A DNA stretch of 64,000 bases. It comes from Eledone cirrhosa (Eukaryota). Below the pieces are notes generated by a model. That model did not search any database, was not told the DNA's origin, and saw only the letters and a program-made list of their open reading frames with translations. The stretch lies in the NCBI GenBank assembly GCA_964016885.1, contig OZ024740.1, positions 238,700,001 through 238,764,000 of the forward strand, written 5' to 3'. Shown piece after piece: positions 26,469 to 40,025 of the stretch (positions are counted from its first letter, which is position 1; every line of letters begins with the position of its first letter). The translations under genes were made by a program, and so were the position numbers.

Positions 26469-27033
26469 CGTCATTGTCTTACTGTTTCCTATATATATAT
26501 ATAGGAAAAAGTAAGACAATGACGGCAGAGCTCAAGCTGTTTCAATGGCTATTTCTAGTCCAGAAATAGCTGTCGAAACGGCTTGAGCTCTGCCGTCGGG
26601 ATCTTACTTTTTCTTATTACCCTCTCTACTACCCTAAGTATTGAGTACTCTGGTGCGTTATGGTCCATCTGGTTCCTTACCACAACTCCTTCGTTATATA
26701 TATATATATAAGACATACATGCACACATATATTAGTGAGCTCCAGTAGTTTATCCTCTACTTCACTAATATACCTACTTTGCATCTTACCTTGTATTGAG
26801 TACTATCTGATTTGTGGTCTTCCCGGTCCCTGTACCACAAACTACCAATATTTACATATATGTGTATTTATACACAAACATATTTAACTTAAGTCAAAAT
26901 CTCAATTGGGGATATAAGTTAGACAAGTGTAAAATAGGTCAGTCTCACTCATATAAGGTCCCCAACTGTAGTTTCTGGAATTGAGAAACAATACTAGTTA
27001 TCTCAAATTAAGACAACCAATATTAGAATATTC

Positions 27034-28310
27034 CGAGGGAGGGCAGAAAAGTTCTTAGGCTGACTATGAAGGAGTGATGCTAGAGCTGTGAAGTTCTGCA
27101 TGCATTAATTCTAATTCTTCTTATTAATAACTGCATTGTTTCTTTCCAGGTAAACTGACATCTGACTATTCAAAGAAGACATCAAAAGTAACTAGTAGCA
27201 ACTTCTCTTGAAAATGGACAACATTTGGCATTGTGGTGTTATCAATTACCTGCAGTAAAAGGGTTTAGCCCCCAAGGATATTCATGCTGACATGGTTGCA
27301 ATATTAGGGGATGACTCTCCAGCTTTATCAACAGTGCAAAAGTGGGCAGCTGAATTTAGGAGGCAAAGGGAGAGTCTTGAAGATAACCTAAGGTCTCAAC
27401 ATCCTGCAACTGCCACCACCAAGGAAAAGATTGATTGTGTTCACCACATGGTTATGGATGACAGGTGATTGACTATAAATCAAATAGCTAATGTTATTAA
27501 CATATCCCATGAGAGAGTTGAAAAATTCTGCACAATGAACTTGGCATGAAGGCTTCTGTTCAGTTGGTGCCACATCTGACACCTGATCAAAAGCACACCA
27601 GGCTGATCACATCACGGGGGAATTTGACATTGTTTGAGGCAGATCTAGTTGGTTTCCTTGAACATTTCCTAATCCAAGATAAACGTTAGGTTCATCACTT
27701 TGAGCCGCCTGAGAAAAGAAACAATCCATGCAGTGGAAACACTCCTCCTCACTTGCTCCAAAGAAGGCCAAGGTCGTTTCTTCTGCAGTGAAGGTGATAG
27801 TCTTAATTTTGGGGGATGCAAAAGGCATTGTGTTTCTTGACTACCTTCAAAAGAGCCACACCATCAATAGAAAGTACTATGCCAACCTGCTGAGGCAGTT
27901 ACAAAAGGCTATCAAGACCAAATGCCCAGGAAAACTGACGAAAGGGGTCTTGTTTCATCAGGGTGATGCTCCAGCACACAAGTACTTCGTTTCAATGGCT
28001 GCTGTGCGTGACTCTGGCTTTGAACTGGTCAATCAACCTCCCTATTCTCCTGATTTGGCTCTATCTAACTATCAACTGTTCCCCAACACTTGGCAGTTAA
28101 CCAGTATTGCAATGATGATGACGTCATATCTGCTGTTGATGATTTTTTTCACCAACAAGATGAAACCTTCTTCACCAATGGGATCCAAGCAATGTAACAC
28201 TGATAGAAGTGTGTGCAGTGCAAGGGGGACTATGTAGAAAAATAAACCTCCTTTGGTCACATTCCATGAGGGTATCTTGGTCAGCCTATGAACTTTTGAG
28301 CTGACCCACA
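27034..28310 (+). mobile_element. Mariner transposon (Hsmar2/irritans-like), decayed transposase
   Basis: TIRs CGAGGGAGGGCAGAAAAGTTCTTAGGCTGAC / GTCAGCCTATGAACTTTTGAGCTGACCCACA. Motifs SMQWKH, FHQGDAPAH, PPYSPDLA. Length ~1.28 kb. Confidence 0.93.
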
Positions 28311-28319
28311 TATATACAT

Positions 28320-29610
28320 ATACCTAAGTAGGAAAGATAGAACCCTGATTCCTTCAGGAAGGTGGCCCTGCTTTATATGTAGAAAAGGAGTAGGCATAAA
28401 CTCTATATGATGTACACAATGTAGGGGGATAACAGGTAGACTAACAGGAAGGGAAGACTTTGTATGTAAAAGATGCACAGGCACAATCTCAGGGGAAGAG
28501 CATCATCATCATCGTTTAACGTCCATCTTCCATGCTAGCATGGGTTAGATGGTTTTGTTTCATTTGATGCGGGAATGGTCAGGAGACCATGTCTCACTTG
28601 CACAGAAGCATCTCTGGCAGGTTTTTTTTTTTACAGCTGGATGCCCTTCCTAAAACCAACCACATTTACAGTGTGAACTGGGAGCCTTTTCACCGTGTCT
28701 CCTACACGACCACCTTACAGTGTGGTCTGTTGTGTCATCGACACGGTGACGGAACAGGAGAGGGTGTACATTGGGTTAAGAGGTGCCTACTGACTGTAGG
28801 TTTGTATGCAATGGCAGTTGGGTCTTCTGTACAGCTGTATGGCGCCAAAGGTCTTGATCCAGTGTCATTGTCTTAGAGAGGTGTAGGTGAACAAGGTCAG
28901 TTTTTATCACCTCGTCCCAGGTTTTCCTTGGTCTACCCACTCTGTAGCTTCCATCAATTTTAATTGCCCTGCACTTTTTTATACAGCTGTCATCCTTCAT
29001 ATGCATCACATGTCCATACCAACACAATCTCCTCTCCAGACCACAACATTTGATACCTCTTATGCTTCGCCTCTCGCGCACATTACTATTACACATCCAT
29101 CGAGGCATGCAAGCTTAATTTCTTTCCAATCTACGCAGGTCTTCAGCACGCAATGCCCAAGTCTCACTACCTTCAGTGATATAAACCTTTTCAATCACAT
29201 GAAGGAGCCATAGAAGTGGTTGATAGCTTCTGCTATCTGGGTGACCTAATTAGTTGTGGAGGAGGGTACTCTGAGAGCATAATAGCTAGAATAAGGAAAT
29301 GATGGAAGAAGTTTAGAGAGCTACTCCCACTAACAGTGGGAGATAGAGAAGACTGCATTGGTACAGAGATGTGATGTGCATGGACAATGATTGCTGGATG
29401 AAGAATTGCCAGGAAATCACAGTGGAAGGAAGCTGCAGTAGATGTAGACAAAGGAACACCTGGGCAGAGGTGGTGAGAGTTGATCTCAAATTGCTGGGAC
29501 ACAGAGGGGTGAAGATGAAGGAATGTGGCGAGTGGTGAGATGCTGTGGTGAAAAGGACCTGTTCAATCCATGCAAGGATAGAAAAACGGATGTAAAAACA
29601 CTGATGATAT
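28320..29610 (+). mobile_element. Decayed RTE 3' fragment (28320-28500 and 29170-29610) split by a younger minus-strand RTE insertion
   Basis: PSGRWPCFICRKGVG PHD region before 28500 continues as EVVDSFCYLGDLISCGGG after 29170. Confidence 0.8.
28501..29170 (-). mobile_element. 5'-truncated RTE LINE
   Basis: RWMCNSNVRERRS...GRPRKTWDEVIKTDL on the - strand, then 3' UTR and (CAT)n at 28501. Confidence 0.9.
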
Positions 29611-30103
29611 ATAAATTTATACATATATATATACATATATGAGAGAAAGTGTGTGTGTGTGTATAAGTGGCTGGGTACGTAAACTTGTACACTTGTTGAG
29701 CTATAAATTTGGCACTCGACCAGACTATTGCAATGTTTTATGTAATCACTATGGATATATAAACAATCTTTTACATGGAAATTATGTCAACACTGGTGCA
29801 TTGCCAACTAGGTAACAAATATGAACACATGTTTTGAAGGAAGTCCATTAGAGTTAGACAACTTTGTAGGAAATGGGATGAAAATAAATGGTAAATACTT
29901 GAATTTTCCTGTTCTTTAAAGTCTAGTACTGTATTATATTAGCTTCGTGGTGTAGCACGATAGAATTGATAGACTGTTAATATTATGATATATCATCATC
30001 ATCATTTTTACATTTGCTTTTTCCATGATTCTTTTTTAGACAGTATACTATGACTGGTACTTCTTTTACTGCTCTTCAGCCATTGAACCCTCAAAGTGTA
30101 GGA

Positions 30104-30868
30104 CAGAGGTTCTTAAACATTTTGGGCCACTGCCTCCTCACAGCCACATAATACCCTCAGCACCCCCAACCCTATTTCCAGAGAGACCTGCCTACAATCA
30201 AATTGTAAATGATATATAATAAATAAAATCATTAATTTATATATAATTGTTTCTACGTTTGGCACAAGGCCAGCAAATACCCAGTGTATTACTGGTACTT
30301 TATTTTATCGACCCCGTAAGGATGAAAGGCAAAGTTAACCTCGGAGGGATTTGAACTCGGATCATAAAGGGACGCAACCCTATGCTTCAAAACATGGTGT
30401 CCGACTCTCTAGCGAATCTGCCAATCCACCGCCTAAAATAATTGTTTCTACTTTTGGCACAAGGCCAGCAATTATCCCAGTGCATTACTGGTACTTTATT
30501 TTATCGACCCCATAAGGATGAAAGGCAAAGTTAACCTCGGCGGGATTTGAACTCAGATCATAAAGGGAGGTAACTCTATGCTTCAAAGCATGGCGTCCGA
30601 CCCTCTACCGATACTGCCAATCCGCTGAATAATATAATATATACTATGTATAAATAAATATTATATTTTTTATTTTACTATATATAATTGTTTCTACTTT
30701 TGGCACAAGGCCAGCAATTATCTCAGTGTATTACTGGTACTTTATTTTATCGACCCCGTATTTTACTATATATAATATGGATCATTTGATATTTAATATA
30801 CTATGGTGATTATTTGGACTGTTTCAACACTCCCTGGGGGGAAGTAGCGTCCACTTTGAGAACCTCTG
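30104..30868. mobile_element. hAT (Charlie-like) MITE containing three Meta-type SINE insertions
   Basis: TIRs CAGAGGTTCTTAAA / TTTGAGAACCTCTG; 8-bp TSD GTGTAGGA/GTGTAGAA; SINEs at ~30245-30435, 30439-30627 and 30684-30760. Confidence 0.85.
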
Positions 30869-31049
30869 GTGTAGAACATATTATTTATGCAGGACATAAA
30901 CAAATGTTACGAGTTATGTTTTTAAATGGTGTCAACACACACACACAGGCATGCATAGCATCATTATCATTTTTACAATGCATGGATTAGATAAGACTTT
31001 TTGAGGTAGTTTTCTAACAGCTAGATGAGCTTCCTAATGCTGACTTTAT

Positions 31050-31401
31050 TATCAAGGATGCCTTGTAAGAAGCTGCTAGAGCTAGGTTTGGAGGTTCTGT
31101 CCCACCTGCTGTATTCGCTCGACCTCACACCTACAGACTATCACCTTTTTCTCTCAATGATCAATGCAATACAGTCAAAGACCTTTGCCAATGAAGACCA
31201 GTTAAAAAAGTGGCAGATGGAATTCTTTGCATTAAAGCCAGAAGAATTCTATAGGGATGATTTTATGTGCCTTCCTGAATGATGACAAACAGTAATCGCA
31301 AATGATGGTGATTATTTTGACCTGTAAAATTTTTCTAATGTTATAAAATGCCAAAGTCAATAAAAATTTGAAAAATGATAAGAACTTTCTGTCCGACCTA
31401 A
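31050..31401 (+). mobile_element. Mariner 3' fragment
   Basis: LELGLEVLSHLLYSLDLTPTDYHLF (YSPDLAP.DYHLF-like) followed by a TIR-like end AACTTTCTGTCCGACCTAAT. Confidence 0.8.
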
Positions 31402-32509
31402 TGATAAAATTGGTCGGACCGAAAGTAATTAATATAATTGTTTCTACTTTAGGCACAAGGCCAGCAATTACCCAGTGCATTACTGGTACTTTATTTTATC
31501 GACCCCGAACCCTGTTTATAGTCCAAGACAGGTAATTAATACATTATGTTTAGATGGGGCAGTTTTAAAATTCTCCTGAAGTTTTAATATTTTGATATTC
31601 AAAGTGACATTTAGAATTTCATTCAAAACACGAAAAACAATAGGAAATACAAATTTCATGTTGAAAGTGAAACTGGTGTAATATTCACACCCAAAACGTA
31701 ACCGGTGTAATCACCTCCAAAGTGAAAATATTTCAGCACCTCATTTACATAGATTTTTTTTTTGTCACCATCAATTTTTTTTTGTAATTTTTCTTGGCTT
31801 ATATATGAGTATATATGCTAATCAAGAATAGTGTCATGGATTGGCAGAATTGGTAGAACATTGGATAAAATGCTATTACAGTATTTTTTCTGGTTCTTTA
31901 CATTCTGAGTTCAAATCCTACCAAGGTCAAATTTGCCTTTCATCCTTCCAGAGTTGATAAAATAAAGCAGCAGTCAAGTACTAAGGTTGATTTAATCAAC
32001 TTTGCCCTTCCCGCAAATTTTCTGGCTTTGTACCCATTTTAGAAAGATTATTATCATATCAGTAAAGGCAGTGAATTGGTGGAATCATTAAAATGTCAGA
32101 CAAAATGCTTTACAGCATTTAGTTATAGCTGTTTTTATGGTGTGAAGGAGATAAGAGATATATCTTCTAGATTAGATACTAGACTAAAATAGCTATCATT
32201 CCTAGATGAATAGAAAGTAATGTAGAATAAAGTATTCCACCCAAAACTTAGCACTTTTGTTACCATATTTCTAATGCATTTGGATTACATAATGAAGAAT
32301 TTTGAGGGATTTACTAAAATTATTAATTAGTCATTATTGAGATGGTATTTGTAAAAGGTTCTTATTGAATTATATAAAATGCCTGCAGTAAGTCCACATT
32401 CATGACAGATAAGTAGGTAGTTCCCGCATGTTATCCAATCACCCATATCAACAAGATTTGGTTGTTGTTTAGCCATGATTTAGTCATAACTGAGCAAATG
32501 TATGATTAA

Positions 32510-33165
32510 CCCTTTATTACCATATTTCTAATGAAAGACAATGACTATGATTTTCAAATAATTTTGAAAATCATCTAGAATTTGGAGGGATTTAGTAGAT
32601 TAACTGTCATTATTAAGGTGCCTTGTGCCTAATATAGAAACAATTATTAAGGTGGATTGGCAGTATCGGTAGAGGGTCGGACGCCATGCTTTGCAGCACA
32701 GTTACGTCCCTTTACGGACTGAGTTCAAATCCCACTGAGGTTAACTTTGCCTTTCATCCTTACGGGGTCGATAAAATAAAGTACCAGTAATACAGTGGGA
32801 TAATTGCTGGCCTTGTGCCAAAAGTAGAAACAATTATTAAGCTTTATTGTAGAGGGTCAGACGCGATGCTTTGACGCATAGAGTTACGGCCCTTGCCATT
32901 CTGAGTTCAAATCCCGCCGAGGTTAACTTTGCCTTTCATCCTTATGGGGTCGATAAAATAAAGTACCAGTAATACACTGGGTAATTGCTGGCCTTGTGCC
33001 AAAAATAGAAACAATTATTAAGCTGCTATTTGGAACATAATTTACACATTAAAATGGAAGGTTTTTTAAATCAATATAAACAGATGATGGTGATAAATAG
33101 TATAAAATGAACACCTTAGTATGATAGAACCAGGGGCAGTTTCATGTGATTTGGTATCAAAATGG
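32510..33165. mobile_element. Larger TTAA-type MITE family with nested tandem SINEs (related copies ~3320-3530, 4020-4245, 5180-5405, 23720-23978, 38640-38885)
   Basis: TTAA|CCCTTTATTACCATATTTC ... GGTATCAAAATGG|TTAA; SINE array at 32618-33020. Confidence 0.75.
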
Positions 33166-35559
33166 TTAAAGTTGTTCAAGCATTGACCAGTCTTTTTTTT
33201 TTCAGGTAGAGTGTTTTAGTACAATTTTTGAATGGCTGCTGTTTTTAGCAGGTTGAACAATCATGCAGAGTCTCCTTTGACTCAGAAGTGATTATAGAGT
33301 GAGACAAAAATGTGGAAACATTGACTGTTAGGTTTTTAAGAAATGTCAAGATCAATAATGAATAAAGCTACTTTAATGTGAACAATGCAGCAGATGTATT
33401 TGAATAATAAACTAATTTTTTTAATAGTTTTAAAGAAAATCAGATTTCCTTAGAGATTAACTTAGTGCAAGTAGTTGTTTTTAAACATAGTTGGTCAGTA
33501 CATTGATTTTTTTTTGAAAATAAGAGTTCTTTTGAAAAAAAAAGTGTGGGGAAAGAAAAGTAGAAACCAGATGTCATTTCTCTTGTGAAATAAGTACAAA
33601 AATACAGATGAGACTGAAAGAAGAAAGTGGATAAATTGGACACTATAGTTATTCTTTGTCTCAGAGAAAAACAACAAAAATGAATTATGAACAGTAAAAG
33701 TGGATATCTAAACTGAATAGGTGACTAACTCTTTGTTCATTTAAATAAATGGTCTTTGAAAGGTTCTTTATACTGGCTAAAGCTACCTCAAATATAATCA
33801 TACTAGAAGCAAATCTTACATTTCCTTGGAGGATGCTTCAAACTATTCAATGAATATGTGTGTACATATAGTCCATGTAGGCATTTATGATAATTCTCAA
33901 TCATATTTTAGTGCCTTCAGTATTTGTTTAGGTCATTTATGTCATTTAGGCCATTTTTTTTTTTTAAAATCATTGGCTTCTCTACATGCAAGTTTAGCTT
34001 TTATTTCAAATCCAACTGTAGAGTTGCTGAAGACTGAAACCCAGAAAAGAGACTAGAATTCAAAGGATTAGACACAGATATAGAAAAAATGTGGTATAAA
34101 TATTCAAGACTACCACAGAACATCAATGATCTTGTTCAATTTAAGATTTTTAGATTATATATTCCTCATAATCAGTGGAGACAAGAGGTGTAGTGAAATA
34201 TGATTTTTTCCCAATGCTCCAGCATACCCTAAGCAGTGATTGCTAAAACAACTAAATAACATATCTGTAGTCTCCACTGATCATGGTGATTACAGGATAT
34301 GAAGTTCTTGTACTGAACAAGGTTATCATTGTTCTGTGGTGGTATTAAATGTCCCACACCATACTTTTATTATTTATTTCTATATGTAACCAACAAAGTC
34401 AAGAATGACAGAGTGGGTATGGTGTGAAAATAGAAATTATCAGTGGAACATAAATATAAGGACTGAATTTGTATAGTATGGTCCCATAATTCTTGATGTA
34501 GTCTTAGGGGTGCTGTTGTGGCATACAGCATTTATTGGGCATTTTAAAACCTGACAAGTCTGAACACAGCAGATTTCTTCCAGAGAAGAATAGAGAGTGA
34601 GAGAGAAGAAGTGAGGAAGAGATATAGAGGAAGAATTTACCCCAATACTGGACTGGTACTTTTTTTATCGACCTTGAAAGGATGAAAGGCAAAGTTGACC
34701 TCAGTGGGATTTGAGAGCAGAGAGCTGGAATGAATACTGCAAAGCATTCTATCTGACATTCTAACGACTCTGCCAATTTGTTGTAAAATGTATGTGAAGA
34801 GAATTGGTAAATGTAAGGACTGCATCAGAAAATATACATGATATCTTTGTCCCCCAAACTGTAGTTGTTTACCCTTAAGTCAACCTAGATTAAGCATTCC
34901 AGCTGTGACCATCCTGTCTTATAGAACTACATTATTTGATGTGATTTTGAGGGAGATTTGGCTGCTATTCCCAGCAGACTGTGCAGCTCTATTGAGGTTC
35001 ATTCATTAACATCAAAACATCTATTCTACACATGTTCTACTGAGTTACAGAGACAAGTCTTAAGTCATTATTTACCTTTCAGTTACAAATATAGAAGCAA
35101 TTGCTTAAGTTAAGTTAAAATATTTGTTTCAATCACTTAACGCTAACTTGAAATAGCAGTCACTGTCAGGCAACATACTCTGATAATCTAGTACCTGTTT
35201 CTAACTGCTAAGTGAACTAAGAGATGCAGAATTATGTGGTCTGGCCCCATGCTATATTTAGGCATAAGCTAAACAAGCTACAGCTTATAGCCTCAGAATC
35301 TGTAGGGATCTCAAAATAATTAAGAGGCATGTATATTTTCAATCTTTGTGAGACTTTCTGGTGTAATAGATTAACAGGGGTCCTCTAAGTTTTATATAGC
35401 TTAGAGCCTCACTTTCTGTAGGGACATCAAAATAATCAAGAGTCATATATATTTTCAAATATTCTATGACCTTCTGGTGTAATTTTTCAACAAGCTTTAT
35501 ATAGCTTTGGATCACACAAAATCTAAATTTCGCACTGATCTGTCCAAATTCACAACTTA

Positions 35560-36900
35560 GAAAAATACGAGGTGCTAGTATATCTAAATTTAAGTAGTTT
35601 GTTGTTGAATGACCTTGTTTTTGATGTGGTCTAGAATGTTTGAAGGTATGGCAGCAGCACCATCCTATATATGTGAGCAGTCCTTAAATATGTCTGTTAT
35701 TGAGCTTTGTAAAGAGCCTGAAATAGTTTCTGGCTCTGAAGAGAATTTCTAGTCCTTGTGATGCAGTTTCAGTAATGTTATACAAATGAAATCACCGTAA
35801 GAGGTTTTTCAGAGAATATGATACTAAGAATCTGTAGTAATTTTGATGGCTTTGATTGTGTGTTTTACATGCATAGGGAGAGTAAAGTATAAGTTTGTTT
35901 TCCTGATATGTGGAGTGATTGTGTTTGAAAGGAGATTCGGTTTATCATTAGCCAACTGGAGGATGGTTTTGAAGTGTCTGTTCATTGTGGGAACCTGGGC
36001 GGTTTCGATTGCATGTTGATGACAACCTCTGTGCAGAAGATTAAGGCGGAGTAAAAGGTGGTATCATTCTTATAGGGGTGCATGTGTGGCTAGAAGTGAC
36101 AGTCAGTAAGTAATTAATTGTTTCTACTTTAGGCACAAGGCCAGCAATTACCCAGTGCATTACTGGTACTTTATTTTATCGACCCCGTAAGGATGAAAGG
36201 CAAAGTCAACCTCGGCGGGATTTGAACTCAGATCGTAAAGTGACGTAACTATGCTGGAAAGCATGGCGTCCAACCCTCTACCGATACTGCCAATCCACCG
36301 CCCGCCAGTCAGTAAGTAATTAATGTACAGGAGAAAGAATGTAGGAGACAGAAACTTTGCATACATCAGAGTTGATAAAATATGGGTTAGAGAAGGCCCC
36401 ATTGGCAAGAAATGAGGTATAAATGTAGACCATATGCACACAACTTAGTTAGGAAGTTCTTTTATCAGACATGCCAAACTCTTTGCTGATGCCAAGGATA
36501 ATCTTAATTTCATTAAAATTCCCAAGTGCAAGAGATCACTGCTGTATGATATAAGATAACAAGTGTAATAAAGGAAATGGTTGTTTACAACTGTTTCCAT
36601 AACTTTTGAGGTATTACAAGTGTGTGTGATAGATAGAGCTAGTGGTATCATTGTAATTAGGGTTCAAGGCAGAAACACTACTACTCTGATGGTGGTAATT
36701 AAGACTTTCTCCATTTGTATAATAGGAACACTTTCTTAATATTATCTAACTTGAGGAGGAGAGAGAGTACTGATAGCCTTTGATAAATGTTGCAGGCTGA
36801 TGTGGTTGATGTTGAAAGGATGTATGTTAGAATTGTGAAACTTAGGTAATAAAATTAGTTTATAGTAAAGCCATTGGATTTAGTGTAAAACTGAAAAAAG
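35560..36900 (-). pseudogene. Old CR1-group (Zenon-like) LINE RT remnant
   Basis: Degenerate SKVMETVVNN and GLEILFRARNYF..LYKAQ...CSHI motifs on the - strand; interrupted by a SINE. Confidence 0.6.
36119..36305 (-). mobile_element. Young Meta-type SINE with 19-bp TSD
   Basis: CAGTCAGTAAGTAATTAAT at 36100-36118 and 36306-36324. Confidence 0.92.
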
Positions 36901-37047
36901 AGTCTAAATACAAACAAGGTGTATGAAGATAAGCAGCTGATGCTTCCAAGACAGAGGATTGTACTTGTAAAGGGATGATAACATAATGGGTGAAGTATTA
37001 CAGATGAGGTACAAATAGATCAAACAAAACTTAAGATAGGATAGGTA

Positions 37048-37690
37048 TATAACGGAATACTTCTATGTTTTACCGGTGAAGATTCGAAACCAAATCTGAG
37101 GTTTCTCGCCTCTGGGACCACCCATTATTGGAAGGTTCCCATCATTGTCCTGTCAAGACAATGATGATAAACATACATACCACTTGACCTGTGACCCCAG
37201 CTTCCTGGGAGACGATATCCACATGGCTGATCATAAATCAACCTCATATACACATCCTTCTAACTATAGCATTATTATAAATACAAGGACTTAGGGAATC
37301 CGGCAGTCAGAGACTACGAAGCAAGCAGTCCGTGTTAAGGTTCACGATATAGCAGACCTTTTACCCTTTCTCTCTCCTGACCTTACTGGCTTCCACGTTC
37401 TTGGCCACAAACACAGCCAGACATGAAGCAGCAATCCTTGAGACGAATAACGTATACGAAGAATAGACACACACACATAGTAAGTTCATCTATTCTTCCG
37501 TCTCCCTGTCATATTGTAACGTCGAATTGATACATGCATTCATGCTAGCTCGAAGTAGCTAACCAGCAAATTAATGTAGCGATAAATTCTGTCACATATT
37601 GTTATTGTAAAATAAACATTGTCAACATCACAATCATGGCATTATTCTTTTCATCAAACATCCACAAAAGAATAACATTTATTCGCTACA
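37048..37690 (+). mobile_element. Solo LTR (Gypsy-type by TSD length)
   Basis: Ends TATAACGGA (decayed TGTA) ... TTCGCTACA form a short inverted repeat; 4-bp TSD GGTA at 37044-37047 and 37691-37694; AATAAA near 37611. Confidence 0.72.
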
Positions 37691-39324
37691 GGTACATCAA
37701 ATCTCAACTTGAAGGATTGAGAGGTAGAGAAAATTAGTGTTTTGCAAATATTTTTAGTTCACAACAGATATTCAGTGTCAAAATCACATTGTCATGATTA
37801 TGACATCTTCCAAAGATGACCAAATTTGTTGATAACATTACTTTAGTATAAAATAGGAAATATATCAAATTGTTTAAGTATAAAGTATGAAGTACATAGC
37901 ATTGCCTCAGTAACTGAAATATATTTGTACACTTGAGAGTTAGTGAACAAAATAAAGCTTGAAGAAAGTCATGCGAATAATAATTACTATTTGTCAACAG
38001 GAACATCATTAGTTTTCTTGCATTTTACTGTTTAACTTGCAGAATAACTAGCTTTTAGAAGAGTGGACAGAATAAATAGGAATTAAACTAAAACATTTCA
38101 TCCCAGTTTTACAATAAAACATTACAGATTTATACAGACTTAATTAAAACATTCTTGGAACATCAAATTATTTTATTTTTGTATATTAATGAGATATAAT
38201 TCCAAAAGATAATTAAATATTGGTACATTGTGGTTAAATTATCTGAAACTTTATTATCAACAATAGGGCTGAGCGAAAATACCTCAGTATTATAGTTGAG
38301 CTACACACACGTAATATAGTGAGTTGAAAAACATTGATTGACTGAGATTATCCATGCAATCAGTCAACAAAAAACTCTCTCCAGCAATAGGTAAGTGAAC
38401 TTTTTGTAAAATTTATCAACTTATCAGCTATCTAACTGATATTTATAAAAGTGGCTTGATAGATTTATTGCATCACTGATACACAACTGATTCTTAGTAA
38501 TCTAAGGCAGTTTCAAAGAAAACCAACTTATGACAGAGAATCTATAAAAAATATTTTAATACAGTTCAACAAAAAGAAAAATCTATAGTTAATAAGTAGT
38601 TTTAGGAATAAAACAGAAGAATGACCATAGATGTAGTTTAACCTTTTTGTAATTTCAATTCAAATGAGTAATATTGCTTATGTGCTTCAAATAATTTTCA
38701 ATATAATCAACATTTTAGATGGGTTTAGTAAAATATCTGTAACTTTATATATTGGTGTATATTATGTTGATCCATTGAAATTAGATTTTGAATAAGATTT
38801 TGATTTAAATATGAACACATTACAGGCAAATATCAGCAAAATCCATTTATAATTTTAATTTGGAAAGCATGATTGTATGATTAAAAAGTTCGCTTAGTAA
38901 CCATATGTGTGGCACTTTAGATAACTGTCTTGTGAGTGAATGTGGTAGACAGAAATTTTAAGCCAATCATATACAATTGTACCTCTCAAAGGCGATGGCA
39001 CAAGATCGAGCTGAAGCAAACATCTAGACGTCTCTAGTATGCACCATTTCTTCCCCTCACATTTCCATACAATTCCCACGTCCAAACACTCCTCCATTCA
39101 CCAGCTGAGTACCTCACCATAGACCTACATCTCCAATCCGCATCCTACATGCACGCAACTCCCCCACCCACAGATCACATTGGAAAGTGGTCATGTTGGT
39201 GTCACAACAAAAGACATCCAGTCCAGACTGTAAAGTGGTTGTGTTGGTGTCATGACAAACATTGCTCAGTTCACACTGTGAAGTGGTCATTTTGGTGCCA
39301 TGATAAAAAGCAAAGTCTTGTTCT

Positions 39325-40025
39325 TTGTCCACTTATCCCTGAGAGGGTCGTGGGGGCAGAATCCTCAAACACTCCTTCCAGCGGGTCTTGTCAGAAGTAT
39401 CACATCCCTAACTGATCCGGCTGGATCCCAAGCGAGTCCAGCCAAGGTCAAGGATGTTATCCAACTATCTAGCTCGGGATCTACCTGTGTGTCTCCTACC
39501 AGTTGGTTTTGACCATAAAATCTGTCTAACGATTCTTTCCTGAGACATTCTAACCTCATGCCCATAGTATCGGAGCTGTGATCTCTTAATTCAGAGAACC
39601 TCTACCTGTACCTGGAGTGACTCTCTAATCTCTGAGCTATGCACTTTATCAAGTAACATTACCCCAAAGACCCTTCGGAGGAATCTCATTTTGACTACTT
39701 GTATTTGTAATCATATTCTTTCAGCCATTATTCAAGATTCATGACCATAGGTAAGGGTAGGTATGAATACCGAATTGAAGATAGCGAGTGTGGCTTTTAT
39801 GCCTACCTCCCTTTTTCTAATTACTGAATGCTGAAACTGGTGGATTACTACACCAGCTCTTGCTATTCTTGAACTTAATTCAGCCGCCTGCTTTCCATCA
39901 CATATGAACATTGCCTCGAGATACTTGAACTTCTCTACCTGCTTCAGTGGAACTCCATTTACTTTTTGAGTGAATTGTGCAGGCTTCCTTCAGAGGATGA
40001 GTGTCTCAGTTTTGGTAGCACTGAG
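39325..40025 (-). mobile_element. Expander-like RTE 3' fragment
   Basis: The - strand reads VPLKQVEKFKYL, KPTGRRHTGRSRAR*LDNILDLGWTRLGIQP and a 3' end CCCCCACGACCCTCTCAGGGATAAG; same family as 58436-59215. Confidence 0.82.
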
